Shown here piece after piece: positions 53,085 through 62,000 of a DNA stretch of 62,000 nucleotides. The notes below the pieces were generated by a model. That model saw nothing but the letters and a program-made list of their open reading frames with translations, was not told the DNA's origin and did not search any database. Numbering within the stretch: the first letter of the stretch is position 1; each line of letters starts with the position of its first letter. The position numbers and the translations under genes were made by a program. The DNA comes from Chiloscyllium plagiosum (taxonomy: Eukaryota). The stretch covers positions 62,064,079 through 62,126,078 of the forward strand of contig NC_057719.1 of the NCBI RefSeq assembly GCF_004010195.1, in the 5' to 3' direction.

Positions 53085-54020
53085 AAACTGATTACAAAGA
53101 CACGTAGATTAATGTAGTGGATGAGCAAAGATTTTGCAGATAGAATAAAATGTAAGAAATTGTGTGTTAGGCCACTTTGGCTGGAAGATTGAAAAAAAGC
53201 AGAATATTATTTGAATGGAGAGAGTGCAGAATACTGGAACACAGTGGGATCTATGTACATTTGTACATAAACACAAAATGTAAGATAGTAAGTATAGCAG
53301 GTAATTAGAATTGGATTTACATTTATTGTTATGTTTAGACTTAGATTTTATTGTCATGTATACTCAGGTACAGAAGTACAGGTGTACAGTGCGTAGTGTA
53401 CAATGTTGCCACACACGGCGCCATCAGAGGTACAAAGGTACCTAGGTACAAAAAAACTTAGGTACAAAGAAATAAAAGAGAGAAAGCAAATTTAAGCATT
53501 ACAGACCATTGTTGTATAAGTAGAAAAATAAAGAAATAAGGTAGTACTTAACATCAAGGTAAACTAGGAAGGCAAATGGAGTGTTGGCCCTTATTGCAAG
53601 TGGGTTGAGGTTTAAAAGTAAGGAAGTCTTGAAAAAACTATAATGGGCACTGGTGTTACCGCATCTAAAGTGCCATGTGCAGTTTCATTCTTTGCCCTTG
53701 AGGGGGGACATATTTGAAATGGAAGCAGTTGGGGAAAGATCAGCCAGGCTGCTTCCTGAGATGAGGGGTTTGCCTTAGGATAAAAACAGAAGCAGGTTGA
53801 ACAGGTTCAGCTTACACTTTTGAAATTTTGAAGAATGCAAGGTGATCTTGTAGAAAGATACAAGATTTTAGGTGCGTTAACAGAATGCACATTGAGAGGA
53901 CGTTTCCCCTCCTGAGGGTATCTAGAACGACGGGGCACAGTTTCAAAATAAAGTGTCTCTCATTTAAGATAGAGTTGAGATAGAATTTCCACCCTCAGTA
54001 GGACATTAGTGCATGGTAAG
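53085..54020 (+). mobile_element. Old CR1 ORF2 relic interrupted by a Rex1-like tail (~53330-53550)
   Basis: Continues the CR1 relic at ~51945-52160 (FQTAFDKVPHNRL); KANGVL..I and GDLVE.YKI blocks. Confidence 0.7.
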
Positions 54021-54164
54021 TTCTTCTATGTGACTACAGAATGATGGACCAAGCTCCCATATCGAATGGTCTATGCTTATTTCTATGCTAATATGCCACA
54101 GCAGGTATGATTGGCAGATTTAGCAGAGACCAATGATTAAAACTGGGACTGACCTAATTTCAAT

Positions 54165-54380
54165 GATGCATGTATGGAATAAGCTGCCAGAGGAAGTGGT
54201 GGAGGCTGGGACAATTACAACATATTAAAGGTATCTGGATGGGTATATGAATAGGAACGGTTTAGAGAAATATGGGCCAAGTGCTGGCAAATGGGACTAG
54301 ATTAATTTAGGATATCAGTTGGCATGGACGCGTTGGACTGAAGGGTCTGTTTCTATGCTGTACATCTTTATGACTCTATG
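54165..54380 (+). mobile_element. HER1 tail fragment
   Basis: WNKLPEEVVEAGTIT...CTATGACTCTATG-like tail. Confidence 0.88.
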
Positions 54381-56104
54381 TACTGCATTCCCACACTGAG
54401 CCAATTGAAATATAATTTACCATGAGTTAGGTGAAAGCTTCCTGGAGAAAGTTACCCACCTTATTTCTTCCCTCTCTCCTGCAACATTTGCTCAGGTGCC
54501 AGATCAGTGATTGTGTACTCAATCCTGAGGTAATTCTGGTAAAAACCTGAATACCATTTGACCATCAATTAGTTACTTAGTTTTTTCCAATTTTTTTCAG
54601 CCAATCTGTTTAATACGTAGTATTTTTGATTGTTATGCAACATATCTGAAGATTCAATAACAAGTTTTGACTGTCTTTTTTTGATACAGAATTTCACTGG
54701 GAAGGGAGACAGCTTAATGCCTTCTATTTAGCTACCCAAAATTTCCCTTTGAATTAAGACCATTGCTTCGACGCACCCTAATCCATTCCACGATGTGAGA
54801 AAACTACAGAAAAAAGCTTCTTGTCATGAGAGATGAATTGGGTATAGCTGTGTTTCACTCCATCAGTTATCCTCTGCAAATGTTGAAAAGCAACATACCT
54901 CATGTGTGACAAGACAATGCATAGCTGGCTGCCTTTGTAAGGTTATATGTACTGAATTTATCAGAATCTCTGCAGTGTGTTCAGAACTATTGAGAAGCTC
55001 CGGTTTCAGAACAGCAGCTGTTTGCATGATTATTTAAAATGAACTCCATGAAAATTTAAACACAAATACTGCCGAGATAAGAGGTCTTCTGCAAAAGCAA
55101 GTAGCATCTCTGCCGATCATTGGGAAGTGAAAATCTAAATTTGTCAAAATTATTAGTGAAAGTGATTCCAGGCTGTGTTGAAATGTGATTAAATATAAGA
55201 GAGAAAGTAAAAGAGTGTTTAATCAGAGGATGTTGAAGGAATATGATGGAGCGCAGTAGGGGTTGTAAACTCTGGTTGGAAGCATTATTGAAAATTTGAT
55301 CATGAAACATTTAATTACATGACAATCATATGACATTGTTTACATGACACTCAATTGCACGACACTTTCTTTCTGTTGACAAATGTAATTGTTTTTATCT
55401 TTGCATTTAAGTATTATCTTGCAGAGTTGTGAAAAATGGGTGTTCAATGAATGTTGTGCTAATAAAACTTGTACTCTTTGAAAGTCTGTTTGTCATGTGC
55501 CGTTTTGGTCCTCCATTTGCTGATAATCATTACTCACACTTGTTTGGAGGTGTGAAAAACTAATGGTGATTTCATGCAAATTTTGCTGAGTAATTCATTT
55601 AGAATCTACTCAACCGGAAATATAGAATACCCTGCAATAGCAGTGTGTTTATGAATGGCATAGGAACTTCGTGAGGAGGCAAAGGATTTCAGCACTACAA
55701 GACCTGGCGAGGCCTAGAGACAGAGGCATTTCCTATACATGCAAAGGGGAAGTAACCCATTTTGCCCTCACCACCTTTGTGTTTTTTTTCTCTCGTCCCT
55801 AAATTTGTGTTTTTCTGTCTTCCTCTCCACCCCACCTCCAGATTGTGAACATTTTCTCCTGTTCTCCCACTCTGTGTGCCTTTCTCTCTCTCTCTTCCTT
55901 TTGTTGTTCATAGGTCTGTAAGAGTTAACACTGTGGAGAAGGTTCATGATAATAGCATTTTTCCTTGGAAATTTGGTCTATAAAGTGGATAGAATCATAT
56001 ATAGCTTTAAGTTTGATTTGCATTTTTGTATTGTGTGTAAGAGAAGGAAACATGATTTCAGTGTCATTTTAGATTTGCTCTGTGAGTGGTCCAGGATGTT
56101 GGAT

Positions 56105-56420
56105 TCATAGAATCCTAATCCTGTAATCCCTACAGTGTGGAATCAGGCCATTCGGTCCATCAAGTACACCGTCCCTCTGAAGAGCATCCCACCCAGATCC
56201 ACCATATCCCTGTAACTCTGCATTTCCCCAGGCTAATCCACCTAGCCTGCAAATCTCTGGACACTCTGGGCAATTTAGTATAGCCAATCCACCTAATCTG
56301 CACATCTTTGGACTGTTGGAGGAAACCAGCGCACTTGTAGGAAACCCATGCAGACAGTCACCTGAGGGTGGAGTCAAACTAAAGTACCTGATGCTATGAG
56401 ACAGCAGTGTTAGCTAGCAT
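56105..56420 (-). mobile_element. HE1-type SINE
   Basis: Core and LINE tail on the minus strand. Confidence 0.85.
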
Positions 56421-56507
56421 GCTGCTCATGTTGGAAATTCGTTGCTACATTGATTTGAAAAGAGGGTTTATAGCCTTGGCATAAAGCTTGAGGTGAACAG
56501 TTCAGTG

Positions 56508-56698
56508 AGGAGAAAGTGAGGTCTGCAGATGCTGGAGATCAGAGCTGAAAATGTGTTGCTGGAAAAGAGCAGCAGGTCAGGCAGCATCCAGGGAACAGGA
56601 GAATCGATGTTTCGGGCATAAGCCCTTCTTCAGGACGTTTCAGGCTTATGCCCGAAACGTCGATTATCCTGTTCCCTGGATGCTGCCTGACCTGCTGC
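56508..56698. mobile_element. Family B fold-back Penelope-derived insertion with 15-bp TSD
   Basis: TSD GTGAACAGTTCAGTG (56493-56507 / 56699-56713); 56-bp inverted arms 56569-56624 / 56643-56698 with 2 mismatches. Confidence 0.92.
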
Positions 56699-56970
56699 GT
56701 GAACAGTTCAGTGGATTAGAAACAAGAGTGAAAGACCAAAAAAAAAATCTGCTGTTATTTCATGATAGGATTCTACTACCATTCAAAATGCCAGGCAGGT
56801 AGAGTCAGAATGAAAAAAATACCTGTTAGCTTCACAGTCTCCAACAGGTCAGGGATGGGTTGAATGTTCTCCTTTTGCATTGTGATAACTCTGTGATTCC
56901 AGGTGAAAAGTCCCAAATGATTGAGAGGAGAACTTAAGAAGCATAAAACTGGGATCCCCTCCTCACCGCC

Positions 56971-57213
56971 CCAACCAATATGGATTGGCAGGGTCTTTTC
57001 GATTATAAGAAGGGAAAGGAGGCATATCCCTAATTAACGCAGGCATGGAATCAGGGGTGAATCCAGCGACAGGGACAGCAACGTAGGGATAAAAGCAGAG
57101 ACAGGTAGAGAACATGTGGACAAGTAGGCTACTGGACATGAGAGTGCCGATCCAGCCCCCCTCAAGAATTGTTGCAGCAACAACGACAACTTCCCTCGCA
57201 GCGACAGCTTTAA
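56971..57213 (+). pseudogene. gag: gag relic (MHR-like fragment and decayed CCHC zinc knuckle)
   Basis: PTNMDWQGLFDYKKGKEAYP*LTQAW; DR*RTCGQVGYWT*ECR fits C-x2-C-x4-H-x4-C with mutations (57106-57147). Confidence 0.75.
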
Positions 57214-57260
57214 TAGACAGCGTTCACTCTTCACGATCCTTCTCCCCACTCTCCTAACGC

Positions 57261-57630
57261 ATGAGGAAGGTTTCACAGGCCACCTCGATACAACTCTGCC
57301 ACTCCCTGTCAGAAAACCCCATAATGGACATTGAGATGGGAAGTCATTTTGTCTCGGTTCTGGTGGACCCTGGAGCCACCCAATCACCTGCACCTCCCTC
57401 AGCGGCCCTTCTTCTCAGCTCTGACACAGTTTCCACTGTGGGTGTCCCTGGGGTACCCATGGTTGAACCCCTCTCCAACCCCATTTCTACAGTTGACAGT
57501 CCCTGACACTGTTATAATCTCCACTTCCGGTCCAGTTTCTCTTCTTGGCCACGAGACTCTCAGCAAGCTGAATGCCTCCCTTCACTGCTCTCCACAGGGC
57601 CTCACCTTGGAGCTCCCTGACTCCGATTAC
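57261..57630 (+). pseudogene. pro: Retroviral aspartic protease relic
   Basis: VLVDPGATQS (DTGA-type), flap VGVPG, frameshift, then PVSLLGHETLSKL (LLGRD.L.KL). Confidence 0.88.
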
Positions 57631-57789
57631 CTCCTTTTGTATGGCCATGGCCATTCTTCCACCTCCGTCCTCTCCTACATGGACATCCCTTCACACATGG
57701 ACGTTCCCAGGTAATCCTGTAGACTCTTGTCTTATCTCTTTCCATTTGTTGCATGCCTACCCCGTCCCTCACCACCACTTTCCTTTATT

Positions 57790-58100
57790 GGATCGTTCAG
57801 ACAGGCCGATCTCTGTGCAAGCTTCACTGCACTGCTGCTTACCTTACCAACCGTGATCCATCTTATTCCCCTATTGCAGACCCCTACCTCAATCTGCCTT
57901 CCACACTGACAGTGACTGGATTTTATTATGTTAGGAAAAGAAGGATTAGCTGCGGAAGTTCTGCTCAATGCCAAACAACAACCGCTTTTCTAAAATAACC
58001 CCACCTCATTTCCCCATGTTTCAATCATTGTTAAAACCCTGTGACACCTGAAGGATTTGGGCCCATGGTACACAAACTCTGCAGTCTGCCGAAAGGATTT
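57790..58100 (+). pseudogene. 2H phosphoesterase (CNPase-like) domain relic within retroviral pol
   Basis: LHCTAAY (H-C-T 57825-57833), TLTVTGF, frameshift, GKEGLAAEVLLNAKQQPLF, PHVSI (H-V-S 58015-58023), KDLGPW. Confidence 0.75.
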
Positions 58101-58103
58101 CAA

Positions 58104-58227
58104 GGAGAAAGTGAGGACTGCAGATGCTGGAGATCAGAGCTGAAAAATGTGTTGCTGGAAAAGCGCAGCAGGTCAGGCAGCAACCAAGGAGCAGGAGAAT
58201 CGACGTTTCGGGCATGAGCCCTTCTTC
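58104..58227 (-). mobile_element. Family B Penelope-derived short element inserted in the ERV pol
   Basis: 10-bp TSD AGGATTTCAA (58094-58103 / 58228-58237). Confidence 0.92.
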
Positions 58228-58233
58228 AGGATT
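58198..58233 (-). ncRNA. Minimal hammerhead ribozyme (family B), intact core
   Basis: AAUC-CUGAAGA-A-GGGC.UCAU.GCCC-GAA-ACGU-C-GAUU. Confidence 0.85.
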
Positions 58234-58369
58234 TCAACCCCTGGACCCTGTGGATCCCTACTCCATGCAGATTGCCTGCTTAGGGCAGGAGGAGTTTTGC
58301 TTGCGTTGTTTTCCCTCATCCACAGACCCTGTCGCCCTCCCCTTCCTATGATATTGAGCCCCTTATTGC

Positions 58370-58478
58370 TCAATAATATGCCACCATCACTATGGGCACG
58401 GCACTCCAATGACGCAGGGCTAGTCACATCGCTTCTGCCTCATACGGTCACTGTGAAACATGGCGCCATCGTATCGAC
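58370..58478 (+). pseudogene. pol: N-terminal stub of retroviral RT
   Basis: MPPSLWARHSNDAGLVTSLLPHTVTVKHGA (P.LWA....D.G......P..V..K); sequence then jumps into env. Confidence 0.7.
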
Positions 58479-58479
58479 T

Positions 58480-59570
58480 ATTAGAAAGTACACAATGATA
58501 AGTTGATTATAATATGGAAAATATAAGGATTGGTTCCAACCTCTTGCATACACCTGTTCCTCACTAATACCACATTAAAGAGTACACCCATGGGAACCAT
58601 CTGCTTGAAAAGCAACCACAAGTCAGGGTGGAATGCTGGAACCAGTAAATGTATCCATTCCCTGCTCATTATCTACATCCTCTGGGAGTATCCTTAACCT
58701 TGAAGTTCACTACAAGACTACCAAGAATATCACTTTCTCCACTCTTTGACTGGAACTCAGATCAATTACTTGAGAACTTATAATGGCATCTATTTCATTT
58801 GGGACCACAAGGTCTACCCCTGGCTGCCAGCCTCCTGGGCTGGTAGTTGCTATGTAGCATATGTGATCCCCTTCAATTACCACTCTCATTCCTCCCTGTC
58901 CCAACGGGCTTGGCCTCACACTAAGGGAGCTATAATGGAAACTGAGCGGTTCGTTTCCATTCTCTTCCCATCTTATGGGACTGCTCGACTGGCAAGGCAG
59001 GTCAGAAAATTGGACTCAGTCCTTGACCAACTTAGTTTGGACGTAGTCACCATTTGCACAGTCACCCTCCAAAGCAGATTGGCTTTAGATTACCTACTAG
59101 GCAAGAAAGGGGACACCTGTGCGCTCAGTGGCCCTGAATGTTGCATCTATATTCCCGACTCCAATGAGAACATTACCAACCTCACCGATCACACTCGAAA
59201 GGCTGCCTCCAAGTTCCAGAACACCAGCTCCCCTTGGGATCTGTGGAGTTGAATGGGTGGATGATTCAGTCTCTGGGCACAGGCCCTCCTACAGGGCCCC
59301 ATGGAACATGTCATCATTTATGTTATCAGTTCAGTTCTTGTTGCCTGCCTTAAGTGGTGCTATGCGCCCTTTGGCTCACTGTTACTGCCCTCAGCCCTAT
59401 TAACTTCCCAGTTCCTCCTCACTGAACCCCTGGAGCCAGAAACTGTTGGTTCTGACATATCGGACCCTGGGGACTATCCTTCAGATTCTGAGCCACTACC
59501 CCCACCAGACGATCCTCCAGGCTCCGGCTACATTCCCCCTTTTGCAGGAGACCCTGACCTGTTGCTTTGA
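58480..59570 (+). pseudogene. env: Gamma-type envelope glycoprotein relic (SU C-terminus and TM)
   Basis: GIYFIW..KVYPWLPASWAGSCYVAYV; decayed furin site HTKG/AI; fusion peptide; ISD-like LQSRLALDYLL; CX6CC CALSGPECC; Trp-rich region with two TGA stops (59250, 59262); hydrophobic anchor; acidic Pro-rich tail, all in one frame from 58746. Confidence 0.93.
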
Positions 59571-59580
59571 TCTTATGATC

Positions 59581-59593
59581 AAAAAGGAGGGAT
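59581..59593 (+). other. Polypurine tract
   Basis: AAAAAGGAGGGAT immediately before TG. Confidence 0.85.
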
Positions 59594-60026
59594 TGTGGAA
59601 GCTGTTTTTGCTGGCCTGCTTGTTTACAGCCATTTACTCAGTCATGATATTGCTCTCGCCTAGCTTAAAACCCCTTGCCCTGGGTGGCGTCTAGCTTTCT
59701 GGAACATAACTTCTGCTTTTCCCACATAACTCCTGAACTGTTTATCTACAGACACCTATTTAGCAAAACTGCAACCCAGCCAGATGTTATCAATGGGTAA
59801 ATGTAACATTTGGGGTATGTATTGACCCAGAATCTGAAAACAATAGCTTGTTATGTACAGTCCTGAGAAACTGTCAGCTTGGCATCTGTTGTAATATATA
59901 AATCCACGGCGATTGGGAGCACTTTTGAATAGCACCTCACCATGATTAGGAAAGGTGAGCTCCCCATGTTATCATGCAATAGAATTTGTCAATGCCCAGG
60001 TCTGAGTCTGGAAAATTTCTTCGACA
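59594..60026 (+). repeat. ERV 3' LTR (~433 bp)
   Basis: TGTGGAAG...CTTCGACA terminal inverted repeat (7/8); TATATAAA at 59895; AATAGAA poly(A)-like signal at 59978. Confidence 0.8.
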
Positions 60027-60122
60027 GCCAGTAACCAATTGCAACCCTGCTAACTGAACAAGGAACTGGAAAGTAGAAACAGGGTAACCCCTCCTTCACA
60101 AGGGTTTGGGTATCTGTTGTTT

Positions 60123-60542
60123 CGAGAGTGTGGTGCTGGAAAAGCACAGCAGGTCAGGCAGCATCCGAGGAGCAAGTGAATCATCATTTTGGGCAAAAGC
60201 CCTTCATCAGGAATATGGTCTTATTCCTGATGAAAGGATCTTGTCTGAAATGTCGATTCTCCTGCTCCTCTGATGCTGCCTGACCTGCTGTGCTTTTCCA
60301 GCACCACACTCTCGTCTCTGATCTCCAGCATCCACAGTCCTCACTTTCTCCCAGTTGATTTTAACCTTACTGCAAAGCCTCTTCCAAGGATGCCTACCTT
60401 GAAGAAGTTCTCCTCCTTGCTCAAGCCTCATTCCTGATGAAGGGCTTTTGCCCGAAATGTTGATTCTCCTGTTCCTCGGATCCTGCCTGACCTGCTGTGC
60501 ACCACTCTCTCGATCTGCAATCTGCAGTCCTCACTTCCTCCT
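60123..60542. mobile_element. Family B Penelope-derived element with one inverted and two tandem hammerhead-bearing units
   Basis: Minus unit 60123-60214; plus units 60222-60351 and 60430-60542. Confidence 0.9.
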
Positions 60543-61479
60543 ATCTATAAGGTTGTTGTTAGGTCAAAGTAGTGAATCTTTATTTCTGATATTTGTCGTA
60601 AGATAATGTCAAATAATGTTTATACAGAAACGCTTGTGGTAATATTCAAAAAAACAGATCAGTCCAGTGAATAGTGAAAGCATTGGTAAGAGACATGCTG
60701 CAACAATAGATTTAGCAACCCCATGGAGAAGGAGAATTAGTAACTCTGAAACAGATACAGGTTGCATTGCAGGTTGGTGGTCTGTGGGAGTAATCCTGAG
60801 TCAGTAAGTGAGCAGAAAATTGAAACTCAGTGAGTACAGCAGGAAATTCCTGGTGTGTCAGGGGAAACAATGAAATGGCAGAGTGTCCCAGGCTGGACTA
60901 GAATGAGGACTGCCATCATGTGGGTAGCAACAGCAACAGAAATAGAATTAGAGATCCATGAAAGAACTATGAATCTGATGTTAAGACACCAGGGCCTTTG
61001 CAAAGCCAACCATTGAAGCCATAATGTGGGCTGTTAAAAGCTTGAGCAGACCCAATCGAAAAGGGACAGGAAGTCTGGGAGACATTTTTTCAGGTTGCAG
61101 ATAAGGCAGGAAATGTTTCATAGGAGCTTTGATAAAGTCAGGAATCATTTATTGAAACAGCAAAGAATGGCAATCATCCAGTGAAACAGTGTTTAAAGTA
61201 AGAATCATATTGAAATCATGTACGGTGGAATTCATACAGTGGAACTGCAAAAAAAAGGTCCTTCACTTTAGCCACAAAAAGCAGCAATCTTCTGTTTTAA
61301 TCATGACAACATGGGACTTCTCCATTTTAGGTGCTAAATGTGGGAAACTACTTTCCAGGGCATTAGCAGAAGTACTGCAATTATATGAAATACAAGGTTT
61401 TTTTCTAAGCAAAATTACTTAATCATGTTTAACAGACATGACATCAGCAATAATATTGCCAAGAAGAATTAATTCTACA

Positions 61480-61900
61480 GAAGGGCCAAATAGAATGCAA
61501 ACTTGGAAATCTTCTAAATCACTTTCAATTTAGATACTAAATTCAAAACTGAACAAGTATATCCACTTCTACACACAACTGAGAGCGTAACAAGTGACAT
61601 TATATGTCATTGAGGAGTAAAAGAAACAACAGATACTTTTCAAGGAGTATTGGAAGCTTTTGACAATTACTTCAATCTCAGAACTGATAAAATTCTTGAA
61701 AAAAAACAAAACTTAATAGAAGAGTTTCATTGAGAAATGTGCCTATGACGGATGTAAACCTCGGAATTCATAAGGGACAGAATTGTTGTAGGCTTATGTG
61801 TGTTTATCAGATTTATTAAAGTCCAAAGAAGATCTGACTCCAGAAAAAGCCATTTCAAGGATTAAGTTTCTTGAAAACGCAGATAGTCTTTTATACCAGG
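61480..61900 (+). pseudogene. Gypsy LTR-retrotransposon gag relic
   Basis: LDTKFKTEQVYPLLHT..DII; VLEAFDNYFNLRTDKILE; IRDRIVVG (61770-61793); LSDLLKSKEDLTPEKAI (61804-61854). Confidence 0.75.
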
Positions 61901-62000
61901 TAAACAACCAGGAAAAAGGATCATTCCAAAATCAGAACCCTATTCATGTACCAAGAAACTGCTAACTGAAAATGCTATTAATATATTCAATTGCAGAGTG

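Larger units (their letters stand above)
56955..60026 (+). mobile_element. Defective endogenous retrovirus (class I, gamma/epsilon-like), 5' LTR missing, large internal deletions
   Basis: Colinear gag relic, PR, 2H domain, RT stub, env, PPT and LTR. Confidence 0.92.

Noticed and set aside
56790..56794. GCCAG as a 5' TSD matching the bases after the ERV 3' LTR
   Set aside because: Not followed by TG or any LTR-like sequence; chance match likely
57255..57257. TAA in frame with protease as a gag-pol readthrough codon
   Set aside because: Plausible for this virus class, but nearby frameshifts make the gag frame ambiguous
59250..59264. Two TGG-to-TGA changes as APOBEC hypermutation or selenocysteine codons
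   Set aside because: Only two events in different contexts; no SECIS evidence; ordinary decay suffices
1..62000. tRNA genes, CRISPR arrays, prokaryotic operons
   Set aside because: tRNA-like boxes are SINE heads; no regularly spaced repeat-spacer array; the sequence is vertebrate genomic DNA

Overview
Eukaryotic, repeat-dense, apparently gene-free DNA. The repeat complement (HE1-type tRNA SINEs with HER1/CR1 LINE tails, SacSINE1/DeuSINE-like relics) indicates an elasmobranch (shark-like) genome; the species cannot be determined from sequence alone. I found no intact host protein-coding gene; every ORF in the track with a recognisable product is a decayed retroelement. Main contents: (1) a ~3.1 kb Neptune-type Penelope-like element (RT + GIY-YIG, 6712-9809) with a 3' hammerhead ribozyme; (2) about 15 hammerhead or hammerhead-derived motifs in at least 3-4 families of short Penelope-derived insertions, several with fold-back structure and target-site duplications; (3) many CR1/HER1, Rex1/Babar, L2 and RTE fragments and SINEs; (4) solo LTRs and Gypsy relics; (5) several repeat-free, motif-dense segments that look like conserved non-coding enhancers; (6) a heavily deleted gamma/epsilon-like endogenous retrovirus (~56955-60026). 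The retrovirus is the most notable item: gag relic, protease, a CNPase-like 2H phosphoesterase domain (HCT...HVS) between protease and RT, a stub of RT, a gamma-type env and a 3' LTR.
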